From Mustelus asterias (lineage: Eukaryota), in the NCBI RefSeq assembly GCF_964213995.1, contig NC_135824.1, positions 52,576,001-52,640,000 on the forward strand: 64,000 nt of DNA. The letters are read 5' to 3'. The notes beneath the pieces were generated by a model, which worked only from the letters and a program-made list of their open reading frames with translations, searched no databases and was not told where the DNA came from. Of this stretch, positions 51,051-61,712 are shown one piece after another. The position numbers and the translations under genes are program-made. Numbering within the stretch: the stretch's first letter is position 1; each line of letters starts with the position of its first letter.

Positions 51051-51514
51051 ATGCATCTTTTGCTGGCTCTGATGATGCTGTTTCAATGTAAGGGAAGCAA
51101 TAACTATATTTAATAACATTCATTAATGATATTTTTCCTATATTTTTCATTCCGCCAATCTTTCCCCAAATCTCCTGGTTTACTGACCTTCTCCCTTTCG
51201 CTCTATCTTTCCCAGACGTGGACTTGCAAGTTATTCACCAGCTTCCCGTTGCTGTATCAAAATTTCATGGGGAAGCATTGGAACTGATGTGTACTGTGAA
51301 GGGGAGCAGTAGCACTCTCAACCTGTACTGGTACAGACAATACCCGAGGAAAGGGCTGCAGTTGATGTTTTACTCCATGCAAACAGACCGCGTGCTCTCA
51401 GAGGGGTCGAACCACGGTTTCAGCGCCAAGCGAGCAAGTAAATACGAGTTCAGTCTGGCGTCTCCTCACCTCAGGGTGAATCATTCGGCCGTGTATTACT
51501 GTGCCTGGAGTCTT
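51051..51514 (+). CDS. TRBV: TCR V segment (V10, CAWS family); exons 51051-51087 and 51216-51514
   Basis: Leader MHLLLALMMLFQ; LYWYRQ; AVYYCAWS; perfect 23-RSS. Confidence 0.92.
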
Positions 51515-51553
51515 CACAGTGACTCAGATAGATGGAACAGCTCAACAAAAACC
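51515..51553 (+). promoter_or_regulatory. 23-RSS of V10
   Basis: CACAGTG + 23 nt + ACAAAAACC. Confidence 0.97.
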
Positions 51554-52444
51554 TTAAAAATAGCAAGAAACAATTGTGTGAGATAAAACCAGCGAGTGTT
51601 CCGCCATAGTGGCGTTTAGTTTGCAGAGCGACCGCCTTTTTAAGAGAACATTAGACGCGTCAGAATGGAGAGTGAGAGATTAGGTATCGTGAACTGAATA
51701 ACATGCAAGGGAACATTTACAAGGATTACGTCTGAAATGAGTTATTATCTCTATCTGCAGTGATAAACAGACTCTGGCTCTTATGGCGATACTGTGCATT
51801 TAAGAAATGTATTTTAATAATGTTTCTCTGCAGAATGTTTCTAGCAGGCTCCAGAATTTTGTTGGCATCGTGTTCTCTGTAACAGGTACCCTTTATTGCT
51901 GCGAAAGCACTATGAATGATGGTATGATGATTGATATCATGTGTATTTTAATCTGAACTAATGCGATATTCTGGGGTTTTATTAATCCTTTGGGGATTGA
52001 TGAGTGGAGTTTGATTATAGATGATTGACCAGTCAGGTGATATGCCTTGGGACAGCTATTTGTTTAGAGAGTATTGCAAGATTTTTGTTTCGTTTCTCAG
52101 TTGCTGCCAGAAGCTAGTGGAAGAAGACGGTCTCTCTCTCTCTCTCTTTTTTCCAGAGGCTTTTTGGGAAGTTCCAGGACTGGGAAACCTCGGGGATTTT
52201 ATCCACTGCTCAGCGGGACCAATTCACAGCAGATGTTAACGGCTGAAGATCCAGCATCACGTGAGCATACTTGTTTCTGTGCCACGTCTGAAGAAGGGTG
52301 TGTCTGTGGGATGGTGTTTACTTTGGAGCAGCAGAGATAGTTAGCTATTTGGAGTTATACTATGTCCTGTTTAATACTTGTAATTGGTAAACGTTATGTT
52401 AAATCTTTCTGTTACATTTTAACTGCTTTCATAAATAACTGAAG

Positions 52445-52797
52445 TCTAGATAGATTCGAGGTGAAGAGGATGTTTCCACTAATGGGAGAGACTAGAACTG
52501 GAGGGCGCAACTTCAGAGCGAAGGGACGCTCCTTTCGAACTGAGATGAGGACGAATTCATTCAGCCAGAGGGTGGTGAATCTGTGGAATTCAGTGCCACA
52601 GAGGGCTGTGGAGGCCAGGTCATTGGATGCCTTTAGGACAGAGATAGATAGGTTCCTGATCAATAAGGGAATCACGGGTTACGGGAGGAGGTAGCAGAAT
52701 AGGAATGAGAATGATATCAGCCATGATTGAATGGCGGAGCTGAGTCAATGGGCCGAATGGCCGAATTCTGCTCCTATATCTGATGCTCTTATGGGCT
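52445..52797 (+). mobile_element. CR1 3' tail
   Basis: FSQRVVNLWNSVP..FRTEIDRFL. Confidence 0.88.
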
Positions 52798-52807
52798 TAT
52801 AATAGGA

Positions 52808-53120
52808 AGGCATGATGGCACAGCCGCTAGCATTACTGCCTCACAGCACCAGGAACTCTGGTTCAATTGCGGCCTCAGGTGACTGTGTTGAGTTTGCACA
52901 TTCCCCCTATGTCTCCATGGGTTTCCTCCAGGTGCTCTGGTTTCCTCCCACACTTCAAAGATGTGAGGGTTACGTTGACTGGCCATGGTAAATTGTCCCT
53001 TAGTATCAGGGGACTTGCAGCCTAAATACGTGGGGTCACGCGGATAGGGCCTGGGTGGGATTGTTGTTGCTGCAGGATCGATGGGCCGAATAGCATCCTT
53101 CTGCACTGTATGGATTCTGT
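52808..53120 (+). mobile_element. V-SINE
   Basis: SINE consensus. Confidence 0.8.
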
Positions 53121-53377
53121 AAACTTTGTTCGATAAAAACTGCCTAGTGGGTCACTTGAATCATACCTGGAGTGTCAGACCTTATGCACACCCATGCCAA
53201 AACGTAGGGTCTAGATTAACTTCATAAAACAGCTTGCAGTTTCTGTACTTGGTCTTAACACTCCTTAATTGGGAAAGAGAAGGTCAAGGGGTGCCATTTA
53301 CAACAATGATGCCGTTGGATGTGATAGACGTGCAAAGAAAATGTTCATGGAAAACAGTAACTATAAAACAAGTCAGT

Positions 53378-54053
53378 NNNNNNNNNNNNNNNNNNNNNNN
53401 NNNNNNNNNNNNNNNNNNNNNNNNNNNNNNNNNNNNNNNNNNNNNNNNNNNNNNNNNNNNNNNNNNNNNNNNNNNNNNNNNNNNNNNNNNNNNNNNNNNN
53501 NNNNNNNNNNNNNNNNNNNNNNNNNNNNNNNNNNNNNNNNNNNNNNNNNNNNNNNNNNNNNNNNNNNNNNNNNNNNNNNNNNNNNNNNNNNNNNNNNNNN
53601 NNNNNNNNNNNNNNNNNNNNNNNNNNNNNNNNNNNNNNNNNNNNNNNNNNNNNNNNNNNNNNNNNNNNNNNNNNNNNNNNNNNNNNNNNNNNNNNNNNNN
53701 NNNNNNNNNNNNNNNNNNNNNNNNNNNNNNNNNNNNNNNNNNNNNNNNNNNNNNNNNNNNNNNNNNNNNNNNNNNNNNNNNNNNNNNNNNNNNNNNNNNN
53801 NNNNNNNNNNNNNNNNNNNNNNNNNNNNNNNNNNNNNNNNNNNNNNNNNNNNNNNNNNNNNNNNNNNNNNNNNNNNNNNNNNNNNNNNNNNNNNNNNNNN
53901 NNNNNNNNNNNNNNNNNNNNNNNNNNNNNNNNNNNNNNNNNNNNNNNNNNNNNNNNNNNNNNNNNNNNNNNNNNNNNNNNNNNNNNNNNNNNNNNNNNNN
54001 NNNNNNNNNNNNNNNNNNNNNNNNNNNNNNNNNNNNNNNNNNNNNNNNNNNNN
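53378..54053. other. Assembly gap
   Basis: N run. Confidence 1.
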
Positions 54054-54199
54054 GTGGGTGGGTGGGTGGATGGTGGGGTGAATAGTTGGACGGACGAACC
54101 GCGGCTTTGACAATACATTTACTTTCTGCACAAGGACAAGGACAGCAGTGGTTGATTTTGGGTGATGAAGCACAAGAGCATCGAAGCAAAGTTCATTCA

Positions 54200-54600
54200 G
54201 AAGGCAGGGATATGGAAGGGCCATTCAACCCCGCTCGAGATTGTTCCATAAGAATCGGATGAGGCAAAGTCAGCTCCTCACGACTGTTACACGACGACAG
54301 GAGGAGTACCATTTAGTCTCTCTCGACCCTGTTGGAGGGGGACATGAGGGAGCCATTCAACCAAACTCAAGCCTCTTATGCAACAACAAGACGAGGGCCA
54401 CCCTGCCCCTCAGGCCTTTACACTGCAATAGCAGGATGCTCTTTCAACCCATGTCGTTCTGTTCCATTGGCGAAGAATAAGGCCTTCCGGCCCTTCTGTC
54501 GCCTAATTCACGGGAACAGGGGCAGGGCATTCAACCATTCCCGACTCTGTTACAAAGGAACAGAGGCATGCCATGAAAACCCAAGAGCCTGTAACCTAGA
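54200..54600 (+). repeat. Degenerate ~44-bp minisatellite resembling the reverse complement of the CR1 tail
   Basis: CCATTCAACC-like cores at 54221, 54309, 54353, 54440, 54482, 54527, 54571. Confidence 0.6.
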
Positions 54601-54780
54601 CATTTGCGGAGCCCAATTTTGTTAACTAGGGTTAAAGTGTAATACTTAGTCAAACGCTTTTAAAAAATCATGAAGAAAACATAAGACTTCAGATTCACAG
54701 TAAAGTTGAATTAGCAGATTCAACTGTTATTTTTATTCAGGACTTCTTTATTATGTAGTTCTGATTTCCTCCTTCTTGTA

Positions 54781-55639
54781 TGTTACTCGGCAGTCCATTA
54801 ATCAACCTGAGTTTCGATGTTCCAAACGGTCTTTGAGACTGGGAGGAAGGTTTTCAACTCAGCAAGAATCTAGCTGGTGACAGAAATGTGCCATTCGGTA
54901 AACTCAGATGGATTAATCCTACTAAGTAGCATACAGAAAGGGAGAAGATCAGAATGACACAATAAAGAAGTCCTGAATAAAAATAACAATTGAACCTGCT
55001 AATTGAAAATGACGAGAACACTCCATGGTAACTGTAGGCGGGCATAAATTTTGTGGGTATTAGGATTAGAATATTTCTTAAACTATAACTCGATAAATGA
55101 AGCAAAACAGGACAGCATTCAGCCAGAAAGGTGTGAGTAAGGCAAACAGACATCTTTTAAACACAGAAACCAGGTTGACAAAGACTCAGGAACTCGCATC
55201 AATATGCTATTCAGAAAATATCTTGAGACCTGGAAAACTTCCTGACATCCCATCAAACACCCATTGTCCAAAGGAATTCAGAGACATAAAGCAATTATCA
55301 CACTCTTAAACCAAACTTTACATATTAAAACTCTAGACCAGAAAACCCATTAACGGGATAACTATAAAAGAAAACCATTTACACATCAAACTCCACACCC
55401 ACAAACCTATTGAAACAGGATGATTATATCAGGAAACCACTCACAAACCATTTACATATCAAAACAGATCGTTACTATAACTATACTCCGTTTTGGCAGG
55501 CAGGCAGAGTACTTTGCGGGACTGTCTTGTCTGTGTCCTGATTGTACCTCCGTCGACGTAAAAAACTATAATAAACTGTGCTGTTATCGATCTTGGCTCT
55601 GGGTGCGAGTGGTGTGGTATCTGTTCACTCGCGCTAACA
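54781..55639 (+). repeat. 5' LTR (3' end firm; 5' start tentative, TGTTA at 54781 or 54620)
   Basis: Ends TAACA just before the PBS; TATAAAA at 55363; AATAAA at 55570. Confidence 0.65.
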
Positions 55640-55641
55640 AT

Positions 55642-55659
55642 TGGGGGCTCGTCCGGGAT
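55642..55659 (+). promoter_or_regulatory. Primer binding site, tRNA-Pro
   Basis: TGGGGGCTCGTCCGGGAT, identical to the MLV-type Pro PBS; major splice donor candidate GTGAGT at 55697. Confidence 0.95.
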
Positions 55660-56540
55660 CGTGACCGCCGCTGGAACATCGCCTCTCAAACACTGGGTGA
55701 GTATCTTTACTCATTTAAAGTCCGCGGGAATTCCCAGTGCCAGCGGTGTTCCACGGCTGCCGCGATCTGAACTTGTGAACAGAGCCCGATCGAGAGCTGC
55801 ACAGCGGGGTAGGTTCTTCTTTGGGCGGGTGAGCGGGGTCGCGAATTGTAATTGATTGTGTACTGTTGCATTCCGTGTATCCCTGACAGCGGACCCGACC
55901 AGACATTAGCTGACCCAAAAGGTACCTAAGGAAGACAAGGGTTAAGTGGCCGGGAGGCCGGGAGGACGTCCAGGGTTAGGGCCAATGAACGCGGACTCAC
56001 GAAGTTCGGTTTAAGTCCGGGCGCTGCAAGTCGGGTAGGACCTCTGCAGGCGCGAAAGTCTGGGCCACTGGAAACAGATCCGCGAGGAGTCTGCTACATG
56101 TCCGGGCGCTACTAAGTCTGGAGCCTCTGTGAGTGCTTCGGGCACTACAAGCAGGAGACCTCTGGTAGCGCGAAAGAACGGCTACACGCCGGGGGAACTC
56201 CTACCTGCGGTCAATCCCACGCTTGTCCGCACCCAGGTCAGGGTGATTCCCGGGGAGATAGGGAAACGGCGAGCCTCTGTGGATTGATTTAGCGGTAGGA
56301 TTTGGTCAGGAAAGAGTGGCCCCCGGCCCCTGTAGTCGTGGTCAGAGCCCCCCCCCCTGTCTCTGTGAGCGGTGATCTCCCCGTTACATGCAGGACGGGC
56401 TCTGCGTGTTACTGCTGAAGGTTTAAAGGTACTGACAGTGGAAACACCAAACCAGGAACCCCAGGGATACCTACACAAGTATCTGTGGGAAGCACCAAAC
56501 CAGGATTAGTACACCACTGATCTTAGCTAAGAGATTCGAC

Positions 56541-57956
56541 ATGGATAGCATTGAGACCATTTTTGAATGGGGGCCGGAAGGGTCCCTCACCCGCTATCTA
56601 GCAGATAAAAACAAGAACCTAATTAAAAGCATGATTAAAACAGGGTGGAAACCCCAAGACCCCCTTGAGAGCCAACGGGAATGGTGGGCAACGGAAAAGA
56701 GGAACAAGGATGATAAGGCTTGGATCCTCATACTAAAGGCACACCTCACCCTAGCAGGGCGAGTCCATAAATACGTTCAGGATAAACAAGAAAAGGCTGA
56801 ACAGAAAAAGCATGCTGCTGTGATGGCTATTAACCCCGTGTTGCCGGCACTGACCGACTTCTCCCGTGAAGCCCCATACGAGGAATGTCCCGATTGGGAG
56901 TGCTTAATAGACGAGACAAGTCCTCGGTGCCCAACAGGGGGGAGTCCCCCGGTAACCACCGATCCCCCAAACGCCAAAGCAGCACCTCTTAAGATCGAAT
57001 GTATCCCAGGGGGACAAGGGAGAGACGGGCGAGGAAGGCAGGCCCAAATTAAAATGACTTATGTGTCACTCTCGCCAGGGGACACTATGAAATTACTAGA
57101 AAAGCTCCCAACCCTGCAGCCCAGGCACAGTAACGCAATTTTTTGGCAAAAGATGAAAGAGATGCAACTGTGCCACAACTTACACAACCGAGATATAGCA
57201 GGGTTAGTAAGAGCCAAGATGCCCGAGAATCACTGGGCTCGGCTCCGGGCAGAACACCAGAATGGGACTTGGTGTGCAGACCTAGACGGGAGCCGCCGGG
57301 AGCAGGAACAGGCTCTGACAGGCTTTAAAAACGATATCATCCTGACCATGGGGGAGGTCCCCGTGAGTTGGAGTGTAATAGTAGGAGTAACGCAGAAAAA
57401 GGAGGAAGGGGCTCAGGAATACGGGCGACGAAAATTCGATGCCTTTGTAGCCCACGGAGGAATGCCAGATGCAGATAGACAGAACCCGGCATTCCTCCAG
57501 TTATATAGGGATGGGCTGAGCCCAGCACACCAAGCTATCCTAAAGACAGGATTGGTAAACTTTAACACCTTCGATGAATTAGAAAACTGGGCTGTCACTG
57601 TAGACAACCAGCAAGGGAAAACACAGGGCGCCAGAGCAGGGATATCAGCGGTAGGAACTGAAGGAGGAAATTGCTACAGGTGCGGGGAATTAGACCATTT
57701 CAAAAGGGAATGCCGAGCTATAATCCCGCACCCTCCTAATACATGTAATAAGTGCGGCAGAATCGGACACACCGAATCTACCTGCAAAGACAGAAGGATC
57801 CCAAGGAGAAAGGGAGCGCCCCCGAAGAGACTGGAGAAAACCCCGGCAAGCGCCCCAGATATAAGGGAGAATGAGGTGGTTTCGGACCCAGCGCACCTCA
57901 GCCACCAGCAGCTGCTGGACATTATACAAACCTTGGCGGCACAAAAATCTGCATGA
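56541..57956 (+). CDS. gag: Gag polyprotein, 471 aa
   Basis: MHR-like VTQKKEEGAQEYGRR; two CCHC knuckles, CYRCGELDHFKREC and CNKCGRIGHTESTC; ends TGA. Confidence 0.92.
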   Translation: MDSIETIFEWGPEGSLTRYLADKNKNLIKSMIKTGWKPQDPLESQREWWATEKRNKDDKAWILILKAHLTLAGRVHKYVQDKQEKAEQKKHAAVMAINPVLPALTDFSREAPYEECPDWECLIDETSPRCPTGGSPPVTTDPPNAKAAPLKIECIPGGQGRDGRGRQAQIKMTYVSLSPGDTMKLLEKLPTLQPRHSNAIFWQKMKEMQLCHNLHNRDIAGLVRAKMPENHWARLRAEHQNGTWCADLDGSRREQEQALTGFKNDIILTMGEVPVSWSVIVGVTQKKEEGAQEYGRRKFDAFVAHGGMPDADRQNPAFLQLYRDGLSPAHQAILKTGLVNFNTFDELENWAVTVDNQQGKTQGARAGISAVGTEGGNCYRCGELDHFKRECRAIIPHPPNTCNKCGRIGHTESTCKDRRIPRRKGAPPKRLEKTPASAPDIRENEVVSDPAHLSHQQLLDIIQTLAAQKSA

Positions 57957-60900
57957 GTGGCATCGGCCCCCGCCCCGGGAACGGACCCCCGTATCTGGGT
58001 GAATGCATCGTTAGGGGGCCGGCGATGCAAAATATTAATAGATACGGGGGCTTCGATATCCCTCACCAACATGGCACTACCCACCACCCACCGTTCCATA
58101 GTAGTAGTAGGAATAGGGGGGGATAGGACTATAGCATATCAGAGCGAAGCAGTGTTACTTGAGGTAGAGGGGATCATACTCCCCGTACACTTCTGGGTGG
58201 GCCCAAATGAAGAAGGGACAATTTTGGGAATAGACCTCCTGGGAGAGTTAGGAGCAGTGGTGGACGCTTTCAATAAGCGCCTGCTGTGGACGGCAAGGAA
58301 AGAACACAAGAGCGGGATCCAAGGATACTGGGTCCCTAATAAGAACGTAGCAGCCATAGGCATGGGGGCTCCGGCTCCGACGGCCCGAGACTGGAAGAAG
58401 GAGGGACTAGTGGGACTCTTATGTCAAGCACTACCCCGGGTCTGGGCTACAGGCAAGCAAGACTGCGGTCTCGTCACAATCCTTCCTTTACAAATACAAG
58501 GACCAGCCCATGCCCCTCATAAACAATATCCCATAAAACCCGAGGCGTTACAGGCAACCGAAACAATCGTCCAGGCTTTGGTTAAACGGGGCATCCTGAG
58601 ACCCACCGTGTCCCACACAAATTCCCCGATGTGGCCCGTCCGTAAGCCAGACGGGAACTACCGACTAACCATCGACTATACCGCCCTGAATAAGGTCACC
58701 CCAAAGGAACACCCTATCGTTGCGAGCCCGGCCACTATATTTAACGGACTGCGACCTGAATATTGTATCTTCTCCGTGCTAGACATAGCAAACGGATTCT
58801 GGTCAATTCCACTCCACCCAGACTCCCAGGAGAAGTTTGCCTTCACCTGTGGAGGTAGACAGTACACCTGGACCCGTCTCCCCCAGGGATTCCACAATAG
58901 CCCCAACATATTCCACCGGGTTATGAGCAAAGCCCTCGAAAATTGTAACTTATCCCCCTATGAGAGCGCTTTTCTCCAATATGTGGATGACATCTTGATC
59001 GCCTCCACTAACCCGACGGGGCATTTGGGAGCCCTGTCAGTAATCCTGCGGGGCTTACAAACAGCAGGATTTAAGGTTAACCCAACCAAAGCACAACTCG
59101 CAAAACCAGAGGTCCGATATCTGGGGCATTACATAAGTCAGGGAAAGAAAACCCTTCCCACGGACCGAAAAACAGCAATTGCCAACATGACCCGTCCGAA
59201 CACAGTTAGGGGGGTGCGTAGGGTAATGGGACTCTTTAATTACTGTCGGAATTTCATCGATCAGTTTGCATCCATAGCAGAACCTATCCAGCGATTGGTA
59301 AAAGGGGGGAGGCCGGGGGCAGAAATCATTGAATGGGGACCCGAACAAGAAACAGCATACTCCCACCTGAAATCAGAATTATTAGCGGCCCCAGCCTTAT
59401 GCCTGCCCAACATAGCGAAACCGTTCCATCTTTTTTATAATGCGGAGGACGGATTCTATAGCTCCGTTGTGACTCAAGAAAGTGGGGGCACCATGAGACC
59501 TGTAGCATATTATTCGGTGCGGCAGTCCCCGATAGCCAAAGGACTACACAAATGTGTGGCAGCCCTGGACTGTGCCGCATGGGCAGTCAGGGTGTGCGAA
59601 CCCATTACTATGTTAGGACAGATCATCCTGCACACAAAACATACAATAGTAGAATTATTAAACACAGGTCGACTCCGAACTGTTTCAGATGCTCGAAGGG
59701 CAACTTGGGAGGCAGTGCTCCTTCCTCAGGACCAATCTATTAAAATCGTACGAGATACCGGAAGAAACCCAGCAGAGGGGTTCCTTCCAGACGGCAGTCC
59801 ACATCACTGTCCGATTAACCCAGACATGGATACAGAGGATGGGATTAGTGATCAGCCACTGGAGAACCCCGATATAATACTATACGTAGACGGGTCCCGA
59901 AGGCAGGTGGAGGGACAGTACCGCACAGGATGGGCAGTGGTAGATCAGGAAGGAACACTAATAGCAAAGGGCACCATGGGGGGGGAGACCTCTGCTCAAG
60001 TGGCCGAGCTTATAGCATTAACAAAGGCCCTTAGCGCAGGAAGGGACAAAAGGGTAAACATATACACGGACAGTCAATATGCGTTCGGGGTGGTTCACGA
60101 CTATATGATAGCATGGAATAGGCGCGGATTCATTACCGCAGCGGGGGGACACATAAAACATGAAAATATAATTCGAGACCTGGCCACAGCATCCAGACTA
60201 CCCTCAGAAGCAGCCGTAATTAAAATAAAAGCCCATCAAAAGACAAGGACTGTAGAGCAGAAGGGGAACCAACTAGCAGATGCCGCTGCTAAAGCTGCAG
60301 CAGGGGAAGCCCTCCCACAGATAGCTGCCATCACCTCTTCCCCCATGGAAGAGATGGATGTTCATAAACTACAGGGTAGCGCTGACCCAGACGAGGTGGC
60401 GCGGTGGAAACAGACCGGGGCGTCCTTAGACGAAGATGGTATATGGAGGAAAGGACATCAAGTAGTCGCCCCCTCATTCATACAGGCGGAACTACTTCGA
60501 CTCCACCACGAACCAAACCACTCCGGACGGGATGGGACCCTAGCTCGTTTATCAGGAGATTGGTGGTGGCCAGGGATGGGGCGGGATGTAGCTAAGCACT
60601 GCCAAAGATGCATCATATGCGCACAGCATAACCCTGGCCGGCCCCTGAAGGTTAAACTAGCAAACCAACCCAGACCAAAGGGACCTTGGGAAAACCTCCA
60701 AATTGACTTCATCGGCCCTCTACCCACCAGTCGTGGGAAGAAGTACTGCCTGGTCCTCATTGACCAGTTCACCCGATGGGTAGAAGCCTTCCCAACCCGG
60801 GATTGCGGGGCAACCACTGTAGCCCACATCTTAGCATATGAGATAATACCCAGATGGGGAGTCCCGTTACAACTGGACTCCGACCAGGGGACACACTTCA

Positions 60901-61538
60901 CAGGCAAGGTAATGAAACACGCATGTAAAACCTTAGGGATCCGACAGCGGTTCCATATACCATACCACCCCCAGAGTGCTGGAATGGTAGAGAGAATGAA
61001 TCGCACCCTCAAGAACACGATAGCAAAAACTATCGCAGAAACAGGTCAGGGGTGGGTAGATGTCCTTCCCTGTATCCTGATGCGCCTACGGGCCACCCCA
61101 GGTCGAACCATAGGGCTCACCCCGTTCGAACTAATGACCGGGAGAGCAATGCGACTCCCCGAAAACATCGCCGTGGGAGGGGAAGAAATGACACCCCTCC
61201 GAGACAAGCTCAAACGATATGTGCAACACTTAGATTCACAACTCCGAGACCTGCACCACACAGCCAGGGACCAGCAAGCCATTAGAGACCAGGCTAAAAA
61301 GGAAAATGTCAGTCATACCCCCACCCTCCCTCGAGTAGGGGATAGGGTTTTGATTCGGATTGCCCCAGACCGACCCGGGTTTGCACCGAAATGGATGGGA
61401 CCCCACGAGGTTATCCTTACCAGCGATACATGTGCGTGTGTCGATGTGAAAGGAAAAGGCCGATGGAAACATTGGTCGCAATTAAAATCCTATCACCACG
61501 GGGAAAGAGGACAGAGCAGACTGACTGAAAGGACATAG
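57957..61538 (+). CDS. pol: Pol (PR-RT-RNase H-IN), in frame with gag after a single TGA
   Basis: LIDTGAS; LPQGFHNSP; YVDD; YVDGS..SAQVAEL..YTDSQY..GNQLAD; HHCC; DDE integrase; WMGPH. Confidence 0.97.
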   Translation: MASAPAPGTDPRIWVNASLGGRRCKILIDTGASISLTNMALPTTHRSIVVVGIGGDRTIAYQSEAVLLEVEGIILPVHFWVGPNEEGTILGIDLLGELGAVVDAFNKRLLWTARKEHKSGIQGYWVPNKNVAAIGMGAPAPTARDWKKEGLVGLLCQALPRVWATGKQDCGLVTILPLQIQGPAHAPHKQYPIKPEALQATETIVQALVKRGILRPTVSHTNSPMWPVRKPDGNYRLTIDYTALNKVTPKEHPIVASPATIFNGLRPEYCIFSVLDIANGFWSIPLHPDSQEKFAFTCGGRQYTWTRLPQGFHNSPNIFHRVMSKALENCNLSPYESAFLQYVDDILIASTNPTGHLGALSVILRGLQTAGFKVNPTKAQLAKPEVRYLGHYISQGKKTLPTDRKTAIANMTRPNTVRGVRRVMGLFNYCRNFIDQFASIAEPIQRLVKGGRPGAEIIEWGPEQETAYSHLKSELLAAPALCLPNIAKPFHLFYNAEDGFYSSVVTQESGGTMRPVAYYSVRQSPIAKGLHKCVAALDCAAWAVRVCEPITMLGQIILHTKHTIVELLNTGRLRTVSDARRATWEAVLLPQDQSIKIVRDTGRNPAEGFLPDGSPHHCPINPDMDTEDGISDQPLENPDIILYVDGSRRQVEGQYRTGWAVVDQEGTLIAKGTMGGETSAQVAELIALTKALSAGRDKRVNIYTDSQYAFGVVHDYMIAWNRRGFITAAGGHIKHENIIRDLATASRLPSEAAVIKIKAHQKTRTVEQKGNQLADAAAKAAAGEALPQIAAITSSPMEEMDVHKLQGSADPDEVARWKQTGASLDEDGIWRKGHQVVAPSFIQAELLRLHHEPNHSGRDGTLARLSGDWWWPGMGRDVAKHCQRCIICAQHNPGRPLKVKLANQPRPKGPWENLQIDFIGPLPTSRGKKYCLVLIDQFTRWVEAFPTRDCGATTVAHILAYEIIPRWGVPLQLDSDQGTHFTGKVMKHACKTLGIRQRFHIPYHPQSAGMVERMNRTLKNTIAKTIAETGQGWVDVLPCILMRLRATPGRTIGLTPFELMTGRAMRLPENIAVGGEEMTPLRDKLKRYVQHLDSQLRDLHHTARDQQAIRDQAKKENVSHTPTLPRVGDRVLIRIAPDRPGFAPKWMGPHEVILTSDTCACVDVKGKGRWKHWSQLKSYHHGERGQSRLTERT

Positions 61539-61712
61539 GATGCTCCGTCCACTCCACGTATTGGCCCTTAACCATCTTTGTCCTTACAGCGGAAATCGAA
61601 ATAACAACCTTTATTTTCCAACACTAAAGGAACTATATGCCAACCGAGGCATGAATGTATATATGTAGATAGAAATAAGAATAAGATAAGTAAGACAAGT
61701 TCATCACCTAAT

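Noticed and set aside
1398-53106. Many short ORFs with recurring peptides such as CGVCTFSPCLRGFP or PEETHADTGR
   Set aside because: Translations of SINE copies, not genes
48717-54224. Long ORFs containing X runs
   Set aside because: Artefacts of translating through N gaps; only the V9 part of 48722-49636 is real
54200-54625. Possible ERV accessory ORF with repeated PFN motifs upstream of the LTR
   Set aside because: Interrupted by stops and better explained as a LINE-tail-derived minisatellite
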